A stretch of 64,000 nt of DNA, taken from NCBI GenBank assembly GCA_019429205.1, contig JAHYIT010000013.1:5276-69275 (forward strand). Direction: 5' to 3'. The translations under genes and the position numbers were made by a program. Source of the DNA: Mariniphaga sp. Lineage in GTDB: Bacteria > Bacteroidota > Bacteroidia > Bacteroidales > Prolixibacteraceae. Below, piece after piece: positions 1-8,667 of the stretch. Positions within the stretch are counted from its first letter, which is position 1; every line of letters starts with the position of its first letter. The notes beneath the pieces were generated by a model. The model had not been told where the DNA came from, did no database searches, and saw only the letters and a program-made list of their open reading frames with translations.

Positions 1-1
1 G

Positions 2-187
2 CGGCGGATGCTGGTGCGGCTCATTGGCGTAAAACTGGGCGGACTGGTGCACGGCGCTCAGCAACTGAACCTGTTCGACAACAACGAAAAACAGGTGAAA
101 CTGTATCTGTCCATGGATAAAATCAGGCGCCGCTACGGGGTTGAAGTCATTCAGCGAGCCTCGGGAGTTTTGTATAAAAAAAAGTAA
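2..187 (+). CDS. Y-family DNA polymerase (ImuB/DinB-like), C-terminal fragment cut by the window edge
   Basis: The frame is open from the window edge to TAA at 185-187. The tail RRMLVRLIGVKLGGLVHGAQQLNLFDNNEK...RRRYG resembles the C-terminal RLLGV...QL.LF end of Pol IV/ImuB-type polymerases. The stop lies 2 nt before the dnaE2 ATG. Confidence 0.6.
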   Translation, partial: RRMLVRLIGVKLGGLVHGAQQLNLFDNNEKQVKLYLSMDKIRRRYGVEVIQRASGVLYKKK

Positions 188-189
188 CT

Positions 190-3129
190 ATGTATCTGAA
201 TGTCCATTCTTTTTTCAGCCTGCGTTACGGAACGCTCAAAATTGAAGAACTGCTGGCGCTTGCCCGGCAAAACGGTGTGGAAGCCATGGCCCTTACCGAC
301 ATCAACACTACCATGGGCATTCCGGAGTTTGTGAAAAAAGCTGTCGAAGCTGGCATAAAGCCCGTTGCCGGGGTGGAAATCCGCCACGGTGATGAGTTGC
401 TGTGCATTGCTTTGGCAAAAAACAACGCTGGGTTTAAAGAGCTGAACGATTATATCTCCTGGCACAACCTGAACAAAAAGGAATTTTCCATCAGCGGCTG
501 GCCGTTTTGCGATGTGGCGGTGATTTATCCGTTTGGATTGAAAAAGCCGCGCGAACTGAAAGACTATGAATTTACCGGCATAAAACCCGGACAGGTGAAC
601 CGGCTGATTACTTCTGAATACCGCAATTTCCAGGATAAACTGCTGGTTTGGCAACCGGTTACCTTTCGCAATCAAACGGGCTGGTTTCTGCACAAAAGCC
701 TGCGGGCCATCGGGCATAACACACTCATTAGTAAGCTGCAAACCAGACAGTTTGCAGGACAGGATGAAACGATGGTTCCACTGGTGCAGTTGAAAAAAGC
801 ATTTGAACAGTACCCGGCCATTCTGAAAAATACGGAAAAATTGCTGAATGAATGCACCATCGGTTTTGAGTTTTCTGTCATAAAAAACAAAAAAACATTC
901 AGCCAGTCGGCTTACGACGATAAACTGCTGCTGGAAAAGCTGGCCATGGACGGCATGGTTTACCGCTACGGCAAAAACAACCCGCTGGCACGGGAGCGGG
1001 TGCTGCACGAGTTGCAAATCATCGACAAGCTGGGGTTTTCAGCCTATTTTCTTATTGCCTCGGACATTATCCGCTACAGCATGTCGCGCGGTTTTTACCA
1101 TGTAGGACGGGGAAGCGGCGCCAACAGCGTGGTGGCCTACTGCCTTCGGATTACCGATGTGGACCCCATCAAGCTAAACCTCTATTTTGAACGGTTTCTG
1201 AACCCCAAACGGACCAGTCCGCCCGATTTTGACATCGACTACTCGTGGCGCGACCGCGACGAGGTGCAGGACTATATTTTTAAACGGTACGGCAGGGAAC
1301 ACACTGCCCTGCTGGGCGCTACCTCCACGTTTAAAAACCGGTCAATTACGCGCGAGCTGGGTAAAGTGTTCGGGCTGCCCAAAGAGGAAATCGACCTGCT
1401 GGTGAACGACCCCGGAAACGACTACAACAAAAACGATATTACGGCGCTTATTACCACGCTGAGCAGCCAGATGAAGGATTTTCCCAATCTGCGCACCATT
1501 CATGCCGGGGGAATCCTTATTTCAGAAAAACCCATTACCTGCTACACTGCGCTGGACCTGCCTCCCAAAGGTTTTCCCACTACACACTGGGACATGTACA
1601 TTGCCGAGGATATAGGGTTCGAGAAACTGGATATTCTGAGCCAGCGCGGCATAGGGCATATTAAGGAAGCAGTGGAAATCATCAGCGAAAACCGTGGCGA
1701 GGAGGTGGATATTCACCGGGTGAACAAATTTTTTGAGGATGAAAAGGTAAAATACCAGCTCAAAACCGGCGAAACCAACGGCTGTTTTTATATTGAAAGT
1801 CCTGCCATGCGCGGCTTGCTGAAAAAACTTCGATGCGATGATTACATCACGCTGGTAGCAGCCAGTTCCATTATTCGGCCGGGTGTGGCCAAGTCGGGCA
1901 TGATGAAAGAGTACATCCGGCGGTTTCACAACCCGGACAAGTTTGAATACATCCATCCGGTGATGAAGGAACAACTGGCCGAAACTTACGGTGTGATGGT
2001 TTACCAGGAGGACGTGATTAAGGTGGCGCACCACTTTGCCGGGCTCGATTTGGCTGAAGCCGATGTGCTGCGCCGGGCCATGTCGGGAAAATACCGCTCG
2101 TTGAAAGAGTTCAGTCGCATTGAGGAAAAGTATTTTGCCAACTGTCAGGGAAAAGGGTATCCTGAAACTATTGCTAAAGAAGTTTGGCGACAGATTGAAT
2201 CGTTTGCCGGCTATTCCTTTTCAAAAGCGCACTCGGCATCGTATGCGGTGGAAAGTTTTCAGAGCCTCTACCTGAAAGCGCACTATCCGCTGGAATTTCA
2301 GGTGGCGGTAATCAACAATTTCGGCGGGTTTTATTCTGCGTGGGTTTATGTGAACGAAGCCCGGCGGAAAGGCGCCACCATTGAGCTGCCCTGTGTAAAC
2401 AACAGCAACAATGCCACGCGCATTAACGGCACAACCATTTATCTGGGTTTTGTGCACGTGCAAAACCTGGAGCAAACCACCATCAACCTGATTGTGAGCG
2501 AACGAAACTGCCACGGGCCGTACAACTCGATCACCGATTTTGTTGAACGGGTACCGGTTACCAAAGAACAACTGGTGCTACTCATCCGACTGGGAGCGTT
2601 CCGGTTTACCGGACAGGAAAAATCGAACCTGCTGTGGGAAGCCCATTTTCTGCTGAAAAAGCCGGATAAAACTGCCACATCGTTTGCCCTGTTTCAGGCG
2701 CCGGCCAAAAATTTCAGTCTGCCCCAACTTCTGCACGAGAAACTGGAAGATGCATACGACGAAATCGAATTGCTGGGTTTTCCGGTGAGCATGAACATTT
2801 TCGACATGCTGCAAACCGGTTTCCGGGGCGAAATTCAGGCTAAAGATTTATTACATCATTTGGGAAAAAAGGTGCGAATGGTCGGACGGCTGGTCACCAT
2901 TAAATATGTGCGTACGGTAAAAAAGGAAATCATGCATTTCGGCACGTTCATCGATTCTACCGGCGAATTTTTCGATACGGTGCATTTTCCGCAGTCGCTG
3001 AAAAACTACCCGTTCCGTGGCGACGGCATTTACCTGATTCTGGGCAAAGTGGTGGAAGAATTCGGGTTTCCTTCATTGGAGGTGGAAAAGATGGCGAAGC
3101 TGCCGTACCGGCCCAGTCCAAAGGCATGA
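190..3129 (+). CDS. dnaE2: Error-prone DNA polymerase III alpha-like subunit (DnaE2/ImuC type)
   Basis: 979-aa ORF with an N-terminal PHP domain (MYLNVHSFFSLRYGT, ALTDINT) and Pol IIIa core motifs (PDFDIDYSWRDRD, GYSFSKAHSASYA). Its short length and tight coupling to an upstream Y-family polymerase fit DnaE2 rather than replicative DnaE. Confidence 0.8.
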   Translation: MYLNVHSFFSLRYGTLKIEELLALARQNGVEAMALTDINTTMGIPEFVKKAVEAGIKPVAGVEIRHGDELLCIALAKNNAGFKELNDYISWHNLNKKEFSISGWPFCDVAVIYPFGLKKPRELKDYEFTGIKPGQVNRLITSEYRNFQDKLLVWQPVTFRNQTGWFLHKSLRAIGHNTLISKLQTRQFAGQDETMVPLVQLKKAFEQYPAILKNTEKLLNECTIGFEFSVIKNKKTFSQSAYDDKLLLEKLAMDGMVYRYGKNNPLARERVLHELQIIDKLGFSAYFLIASDIIRYSMSRGFYHVGRGSGANSVVAYCLRITDVDPIKLNLYFERFLNPKRTSPPDFDIDYSWRDRDEVQDYIFKRYGREHTALLGATSTFKNRSITRELGKVFGLPKEEIDLLVNDPGNDYNKNDITALITTLSSQMKDFPNLRTIHAGGILISEKPITCYTALDLPPKGFPTTHWDMYIAEDIGFEKLDILSQRGIGHIKEAVEIISENRGEEVDIHRVNKFFEDEKVKYQLKTGETNGCFYIESPAMRGLLKKLRCDDYITLVAASSIIRPGVAKSGMMKEYIRRFHNPDKFEYIHPVMKEQLAETYGVMVYQEDVIKVAHHFAGLDLAEADVLRRAMSGKYRSLKEFSRIEEKYFANCQGKGYPETIAKEVWRQIESFAGYSFSKAHSASYAVESFQSLYLKAHYPLEFQVAVINNFGGFYSAWVYVNEARRKGATIELPCVNNSNNATRINGTTIYLGFVHVQNLEQTTINLIVSERNCHGPYNSITDFVERVPVTKEQLVLLIRLGAFRFTGQEKSNLLWEAHFLLKKPDKTATSFALFQAPAKNFSLPQLLHEKLEDAYDEIELLGFPVSMNIFDMLQTGFRGEIQAKDLLHHLGKKVRMVGRLVTIKYVRTVKKEIMHFGTFIDSTGEFFDTVHFPQSLKNYPFRGDGIYLILGKVVEEFGFPSLEVEKMAKLPYRPSPKA

Positions 3130-3132
3130 GAA

Positions 3133-3358
3133 GTGTTTGACAAATTCCATATTATTATTTGCCTGTGGAATATTTTTTTTACACCGTGGCTTCAGCCCGG
3201 TGAGCAGAGGCGGACGAAAACTAAAAGGCTTCAGCCATTAAAGGGATTAAATGCTAAAGTCAAAAAACGATGAAAGAAGATAACCACCGGGCTAAAGCAC
3301 CGGTGAAAAAGTATAAATGCTTTGAACCGTGCTGTCAACATAAAATTTGTCGTACACC
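3133..3358 (+). mobile_element. MITE-like nested inverted-repeat element, copy 1 (226 bp, non-coding)
   Basis: Outer inverted repeats are GTGTTTGACAAATTCCATAT (3133-) and the reverse complement of GGTGTACGACAAATTTTATGT (-3358). The inner core 3181-3305 is bounded by ACACCGTGGCTTCAGCCCGGTG / CACCGGGCTAAAGCACCGGTG. It is homologous to 23919-24068 and, inverted, to 43226-43454. Confidence 0.7.
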
Positions 3359-3438
3359 AGGTAAAAATACGGTGAATCCAATCTCATAAATTTTCATAAA
3401 TTTGTGATTCGACAACAGTAAAGTAGTAAATAGAAAAA

Positions 3439-3636
3439 ATGTCACAGGAAAATTTCATAGTAGATAAAAAGGGACGTAAAATTGCTGTTCAAATTCCAGT
3501 CAGCGTTTATGAAAAACTCATTGCTGATTCAGAAGAACTGGACGACATCAAAGAATACCGCAAGGCCAAAAAGCATAAAGGTGAACCGATTCCTTTCGAC
3601 CAGGCTTTTAAAGAGATTGAAAACGGGTTAGTATGA
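3439..3636 (+). CDS. Putative type II antitoxin (Phd/YefM- or RelB-like), 65 aa
   Basis: Small acidic/basic protein (MSQENFIVDKKGRKIAVQIPVSVYEKLI...IPFDQAFKEIE). Its stop overlaps the ATG of a toxin-like ORF (ATGA overlap at 3633-3636), which is typical TA coupling. Confidence 0.6.
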   Translation: MSQENFIVDKKGRKIAVQIPVSVYEKLIADSEELDDIKEYRKAKKHKGEPIPFDQAFKEIENGLV

Positions 3637-3690
3637 GGTACAGAATTTACATTGAGCGATATGCCCAGAAGCAAATTCTGAAATTTTTCA
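3633..3690 (+). pseudogene. 5' stub of a RelE/ParE-family toxin gene (about 18 recognisable codons)
   Basis: MRYRIYIERYAQKQILKF resembles RelE/ParE toxin N-termini. Beyond about 3687 the 80-aa track ORF is only the antisense of the SRAP gene 3' end. Confidence 0.45.
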
Positions 3691-4506
3691 AAATAATTTT
3701 CCCTGCCTCCCCAGCAGGTCTTCCTTCCGGCGGTTGCGCCCCATTCCTTCCAGTTTCAGGTCTTTTTTTACCGTGCTGTCGTATTTGGTTGTGCTACCGT
3801 GATCAACAGGAATCAGCAATTCGCGGCCTTTGTTTTTGGGGTCTTTTACACGGATGGAAACCGGATCAGCCTTAAAATCATTGCCCGGATAAGGTTTCAG
3901 CAAACCGAGCACTTCTTCCAGGGGAAGCGAATCGTCGAGCCATTTACGTTCATCTTTTTTATCCAGGATAACCGGTGATCGGTGATGACCGATTTGTTTG
4001 GTAACATCGTTGACGACGGTTGTGATAATGGAAAACGAATGTACTACTTCGCCGGTAGTATTGTTGGCCCAGGTATCCCATATTCCCGCAAAGGTGAAAA
4101 CTTCTTCGTTTTTTTTGTGAATATGAAACGGTTTACTCAGCCGTTCTTTTTCCGGTCCTTCGAAATAACCATTGGCAATTACCAGGCACCTTCTTGATTT
4201 TATGGAAGTTCGGAACGCCGGCTTTTTTGAAATACCCAGTTCGCCTGAATAATTTACATCGTTTTCCTTATTGAAATCTCCTTCGGACCGTGCATTAATG
4301 AGGTACATGGGTTTTTTGGCCCAATGGGGTGTCAGTCCAAACTGAAAAGCCTGCAATTCGTCGGGTTTGTCGTTGGTAATCACATACGCCAAATCGCCCG
4401 GCGCCACGTTAAAGTTATCCCTGACAGTAATTTCAGAAGGCTGTTTTACACTAAACCTTTTCACAAACAACTCAATATCAATAACCTGAACAAACCGGCC
4501 ACACAT
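3688..4506 (-). CDS. SOS-response-associated peptidase (SRAP/YedK family), 272 aa
   Basis: I chose the internal start MCGRF (ATG at 4506) because the catalytic Cys2 is the SRAP hallmark. The rest of the SRAP fold is present (NARSE, FAGIWD, HHRSPVIL). The track's upstream extension to 4620 is unlikely to be real. Confidence 0.85.
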   Translation of the reverse strand: MCGRFVQVIDIELFVKRFSVKQPSEITVRDNFNVAPGDLAYVITNDKPDELQAFQFGLTPHWAKKPMYLINARSEGDFNKENDVNYSGELGISKKPAFRTSIKSRRCLVIANGYFEGPEKERLSKPFHIHKKNEEVFTFAGIWDTWANNTTGEVVHSFSIITTVVNDVTKQIGHHRSPVILDKKDERKWLDDSLPLEEVLGLLKPYPGNDFKADPVSIRVKDPKNKGRELLIPVDHGSTTKYDSTVKKDLKLEGMGRNRRKEDLLGRQGKLF

Positions 4507-4668
4507 AATTTCTTTTCTTTTAATGATAATACAGATTGTTGTTTCAAAGTTAGGTTTTAAGAAACAGGTAAAACAATTCATTTGAAAGTTTTTAATGTTT
4601 TTCCCGATTTCTTTTTTCAAATCACTTTGAATGTTATTTTTACTCTTGAATCTAAAACTTCAATACAA

Positions 4669-7119
4669 ATGAAATCTAAACTGGTAATCATGGTTCTTCT
4701 GGCATCTTTTCCTAGTATCTTTTCAGGCTGCGACGGACTGAGAAAAGACAGCATTTTCAACATGGAACCGCGGCAGGAAATTCTTTTCGATTTCGACTGG
4801 CAATTTCACCGGGGAAATGCTGAAAATGCGCATTTGGCTGAATATGATGATTCGGCCTGGCGAACGCTGAATTTACCACACGACTGGAGTATCGAAGACA
4901 TTCCCGGAACAGATTCACCGTTGATTCCAACAGCCATTGGCGGGATTAGCACCGGGTACTACCTTGGCGGAACCAGTTGGTACCGCAAAACATTTTCAGT
5001 GCCGGCCAAACTGAAAGGGAAGCGGTTCAGCATTCTGTTCGATGGCGTTTACATGAACACCGACGTCTGGCTGAACGGCGTTCACCTCGGAAATCATCCT
5101 TACGGTTACACGGCTTTTGAGTTTGATTTTACTGATTTGATAAAATTTGCCGAAGAAAATGTGCTGGCCGTGCAGGTAAAAAATGAAGGGAGAAACAGCC
5201 GCTGGTATTCGGGTTCGGGCATTTATCGTCATGTTTGGCTTCAGGTTACCGGGCCGGTTCACATAAAAACCTGGGGAGTAGGAATTACAACTCCCGAAGT
5301 TTCAGCAGAAAATGCAACTGTAAATATTTCTACGGAAATTGTGAATAAAACCGAAACCAATCAACCAGTTGAAATAAGCGGAACTGTTTTCGATCCAGAT
5401 GGAAAAAAAGTCGCAGAATTTAAAAGAGATATTGAACCAGAATCCGACAGCGAAATGAAAAATTCTCAGTCTGTTTCGATAAACACGCCCAAATTATGGT
5501 CACCCGAAAAGCCAGAGTTATACAAAACAGTAATTGAAATAAAGGACAGGAAGGGTAAAACCATCGATAAAATAGAGGAATATTTTGGAATCCGAACTAT
5601 TGAATTCAGTGTTGAAAATGGTTTTTTACTGAACGGAAAACCCGTTTTACTTAAAGGCGCCTGTGTTCATCACGACAACGGACCTTTGGGCGCTGCAGCT
5701 TACGACAGGGCTGAGGAGCGCCGTGTTGAGCTGTTAAAAGCCAGTGGTTTCAATGCAATCCGGTGTGCACACAATCCGCCTTCGGTGGCTTTTCTCAATG
5801 CCTGCGACCGGCTGGGAATGTTGGTTATTGACGAAGCTTTTGACATGTGGCGGCGGCCCAAAAATTCGCAGGACTACAGCAATTACTTTGACGAATGGTG
5901 GAAAAACGATATTGAAGCCATGGTACTTCGCGACCGGAATCACCCGTCAATCATTATGTGGAGTACCGGAAATGAAATTCCGGAACGGGGAGAACCGGAA
6001 GGTGCAGAATCCTCGAAAATGCTGGCGGAATATATCAGAAAACTCGATACTACCCGTCCGGTAACTGCCGCAGTAAACGGACTTAATCCCGATAAAGACC
6101 CTTATTTTGCCACACTCGGTATTTCGGGTTACAATTATTCATTTGGCGGCGATCACGGAAAGCAAAGCATTTTTGCGATTGACCACGAACGAGTACCGGA
6201 CCGGATTATGTATTGCGCTGAATCCTATCCGTTGGAAGCTTATGGCGCCTGGATGGATGTTGTAAATCACTCCTATGTTTTGGGCGATTTTGTATGGACC
6301 GGATTCGATTACCTGGGCGAAGCAAGTATTGGCTGGCGCGGTTATCCGCATGATGAGAATTTTTATCCGTGGAACCATGCTTTTTGTGGCGACATTGACA
6401 TTTGCGGTTTTAAACGGCCACAATCATTTTACCGCGACGTGCTTTGGGAAGTGGGCGATCAACTTTCCATATTTGTGAAACCGCAGATTCCTTCATTTCC
6501 TGAAAAAGAAAACCGGGCAAGCTGGAGCAAATGGCACTGGCACGACCATGTGGCCAGCTGGAACTGGGAAGGTTTTAAAAATCAACTTTTTGAAGTTCAT
6601 GTCTATTCCGGCCACGAAAATGTGGAACTTTTCCTGAATGGTAAATCGCTGGGAATTAAAGAAACCCATACTGAAAATGAATTTATTGCAGTGTGGGAAG
6701 TGCCTTACGAACCCGGCGAGTTGAAAGCTGTTGCAAAAAATGGCGAAACTGAAAAAGCTGAGCATATTTTGGCAACTGCCGGCGAACCGGTAAAAATAAA
6801 TCTCGTTGCAGACCGAAAAATAATTTCAGCCAATGGCCAGGATTTGAGTTACATCACTTTTGAACTGTTGGATGAAAATGGTATCCGAAACCCCAAAGCT
6901 GAAAATTTACTTCAATTTGAAATTGAGGGCCCCGGAGAAATTGTAGCTGTGGCAAGTTCAAATCCCATGAGTGCGGAAAGTTTTCAGCAACCGCAGCGAA
7001 AAGTCTGGCAGGGCAGGGGTTTGGTAATTATAAAATCGCGGAAACAGCACGGTGAAATTGTTTTGCGTGCAAAATCAGATGCGTTGCTACCGGCAGAAAT
7101 CAAAATCGAATCAAATTAA
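4669..7119 (+). CDS. Glycoside hydrolase family 2 (beta-galactosidase-like), lipoprotein
   Basis: Start chosen at MKSKLVIMVLLASFPSIFSGC (lipobox Cys). GH2 sugar-binding and catalytic regions are present (FDWQFHRG, LPHDWSIED, NAIRCAHNPP, WSTGNEIPE). Confidence 0.85.
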   Translation: MKSKLVIMVLLASFPSIFSGCDGLRKDSIFNMEPRQEILFDFDWQFHRGNAENAHLAEYDDSAWRTLNLPHDWSIEDIPGTDSPLIPTAIGGISTGYYLGGTSWYRKTFSVPAKLKGKRFSILFDGVYMNTDVWLNGVHLGNHPYGYTAFEFDFTDLIKFAEENVLAVQVKNEGRNSRWYSGSGIYRHVWLQVTGPVHIKTWGVGITTPEVSAENATVNISTEIVNKTETNQPVEISGTVFDPDGKKVAEFKRDIEPESDSEMKNSQSVSINTPKLWSPEKPELYKTVIEIKDRKGKTIDKIEEYFGIRTIEFSVENGFLLNGKPVLLKGACVHHDNGPLGAAAYDRAEERRVELLKASGFNAIRCAHNPPSVAFLNACDRLGMLVIDEAFDMWRRPKNSQDYSNYFDEWWKNDIEAMVLRDRNHPSIIMWSTGNEIPERGEPEGAESSKMLAEYIRKLDTTRPVTAAVNGLNPDKDPYFATLGISGYNYSFGGDHGKQSIFAIDHERVPDRIMYCAESYPLEAYGAWMDVVNHSYVLGDFVWTGFDYLGEASIGWRGYPHDENFYPWNHAFCGDIDICGFKRPQSFYRDVLWEVGDQLSIFVKPQIPSFPEKENRASWSKWHWHDHVASWNWEGFKNQLFEVHVYSGHENVELFLNGKSLGIKETHTENEFIAVWEVPYEPGELKAVAKNGETEKAEHILATAGEPVKINLVADRKIISANGQDLSYITFELLDENGIRNPKAENLLQFEIEGPGEIVAVASSNPMSAESFQQPQRKVWQGRGLVIIKSRKQHGEIVLRAKSDALLPAEIKIESN

Positions 7120-7188
7120 AAGAATTTGAACCTCCAAATAATTCAAAAGTTTCTTTTGATTTAATAGATAGTCTGCTCTGTTAACTGT

Positions 7189-7219
7189 TTTGCCTTCTCA
7201 CAATTTCCTTGTATTTTTG
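7189..7219 (+). promoter_or_regulatory. Putative Bacteroidota sigma-A promoter of ffh
   Basis: TTTG (7189-7192), a 19-nt spacer, then TATTTTTG (7212-7219) match the TTTG/TAnnTTTG -33/-7 consensus. The -7 box lies 31 nt upstream of the ffh ATG. Confidence 0.4.
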
Positions 7220-7249
7220 CGACTCATTTTCAAAAGAAAATTAAACAAC

Positions 7250-8590
7250 ATGTTTGAAAATTTATCTGACAGGCTGGAGCGATCCTTTCAGTTGTTGAAA
7301 GGACAAGGAAAAATCACGGAAATTAACGTGGCAGAAACGTTAAAAGAAATTCGCCGTGCGCTGCTCGATGCCGACGTCAATTTTAAAATAGCAAAAACTT
7401 TTACTGATGATGTAAAAGAAAAGGCCCTGGGGCAAAACGTGCTTACTGCCGTAAAGCCAGGCCAGTTGATGGTGAAAATTGTTAAAGATGAGCTGGTCGA
7501 ACTGATGGGTGGCGAATCGGTTGATATCGACTTAAGCGGTTCACCCACGGTTATTCTGATGGCTGGTCTGCAAGGTTCGGGAAAAACAACTTTCTCGGGC
7601 AAACTGGCCAACATGCTAAAACGCAAAAAAGGCCGGCATCCGCTGCTGGTTGCAGGAGACATTTACCGTCCGGCAGCTATTGAACAGTTGAAAGTGCTCG
7701 CCGAACAGATTGGCGTTCCGGTTTATTCCGAAGAAGGAAACATGAATCCGGTACAAATTGCCCAATCAGCCATTAAAGAAGCCAAAAGAGCGGGCAACGA
7801 CGTGGTAATTATTGATACCGCCGGTCGTTTGGCTATTGACGAGCAGATGATGAACGAAATTTCAGCCATTAAAAAAGTGGTAAATCCGAACGAAATTTTG
7901 TTTGTGGTCGATTCCATGACCGGTCAGGATGCGGTTAACACGGCTAAAGAATTTAACGACAGGCTGGACTTTAATGGTGTTGTTCTCACCAAACTTGATG
8001 GCGACACACGGGGTGGTGCAGCGCTTTCCATTCGTTCGGTGGTTACAAAACCCATAAAATTTGTTGGAACAGGTGAAAAGCTTGATGCCATCGATGTTTT
8101 TCATCCTGCCCGAATGGCAGACCGTATTCTGGGAATGGGGGATATTGTTTCGCTGGTGGAAAAAGCACAGGAACAATACGACGAGGAAGAGGCCCGCCGG
8201 TTGCAGAAAAAGCTGGCAAAAAACACATTCAATTTTAACGATTTCCTGAAACAGATTAACCAGATTAAAAAAATGGGCGATCTGAAAGATGTAGTTTCCA
8301 TGATTCCGGGAATGGGAAAAGCCATGAAAAATATGGACCTCGACGACGATGCATTCAAACACATTGAGGCAATTATATATTCAATGACACCAGCTGAACG
8401 AGAAGATCCGGCATTGATTAACGGAAGCCGCCGCAAACGAATTGCTGATGGTTCAGGCACTAATATTCAGGAAGTTAACCGTCTGCTGAAACAATTTTCT
8501 GAAACACGAAAAATGATGAAAATGGTTTCGCAGGGAAAAAACATTCAGCGTATGATGGGCGGGATGAAACAACCGGGAGGAAGGTTCTGA
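7250..8590 (+). CDS. ffh: Signal recognition particle protein Ffh
   Basis: Begins MFENLSDRLERSFQLLKG. The SRP54 GTPase has GLQGSGKTT, DTAGR and TKLDGD motifs, and a Met-rich M domain sits at the C-terminus. Confidence 0.95.
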   Translation: MFENLSDRLERSFQLLKGQGKITEINVAETLKEIRRALLDADVNFKIAKTFTDDVKEKALGQNVLTAVKPGQLMVKIVKDELVELMGGESVDIDLSGSPTVILMAGLQGSGKTTFSGKLANMLKRKKGRHPLLVAGDIYRPAAIEQLKVLAEQIGVPVYSEEGNMNPVQIAQSAIKEAKRAGNDVVIIDTAGRLAIDEQMMNEISAIKKVVNPNEILFVVDSMTGQDAVNTAKEFNDRLDFNGVVLTKLDGDTRGGAALSIRSVVTKPIKFVGTGEKLDAIDVFHPARMADRILGMGDIVSLVEKAQEQYDEEEARRLQKKLAKNTFNFNDFLKQINQIKKMGDLKDVVSMIPGMGKAMKNMDLDDDAFKHIEAIIYSMTPAEREDPALINGSRRKRIADGSGTNIQEVNRLLKQFSETRKMMKMVSQGKNIQRMMGGMKQPGGRF

Positions 8591-8667
8591 AAGTTTAAAG
8601 TTTCATGTTTAAAGTTTAACGGGACTGAATAGAAATTTAACACATTCAGGGAAAAAAATTATAACGA

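Noticed and set aside
151-1017. 288-aa ORF on the minus strand
   Set aside because: It is entirely antisense to the well-supported dnaE2 PHP/polymerase region. Its composition is low-complexity (F/Q/V-rich) with no recognisable motifs. This is a typical shadow ORF.
3633-3875. 80-aa ORF as an intact protein
   Set aside because: Only the first ~18 codons look toxin-like. The remainder is the reverse complement of the SRAP gene 3' end. I therefore treat it as a truncated toxin stub, not a functional gene.
4507-4668. LexA/SOS box in the SRAP-GH2 divergent promoter region
   Set aside because: I saw no CTGT-N8-ACAG, GAAC-N4-GTTC or other clear palindrome. I do not remember the Bacteroidota LexA motif precisely enough to call one.
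7190-7249. Upstream extension of the ffh track ORF (one of several such extensions)
   Set aside because: The longest-ORF starts add non-homologous residues or overlap neighbouring genes or repeats. This applies here and at 4582-4668, 13661-13702, 19509-19577, 19556-19615, 39815-39847, 57040-57048 and 63544-63567. The internal ATG starts give canonical N-termini or signal peptides.
8591-8625. Repeated GTTTAAAGTTT motif after ffh
   Set aside because: It is a short AT-rich direct repeat without a stable stem or other copies. That is insufficient to call a terminator or a regulatory site.
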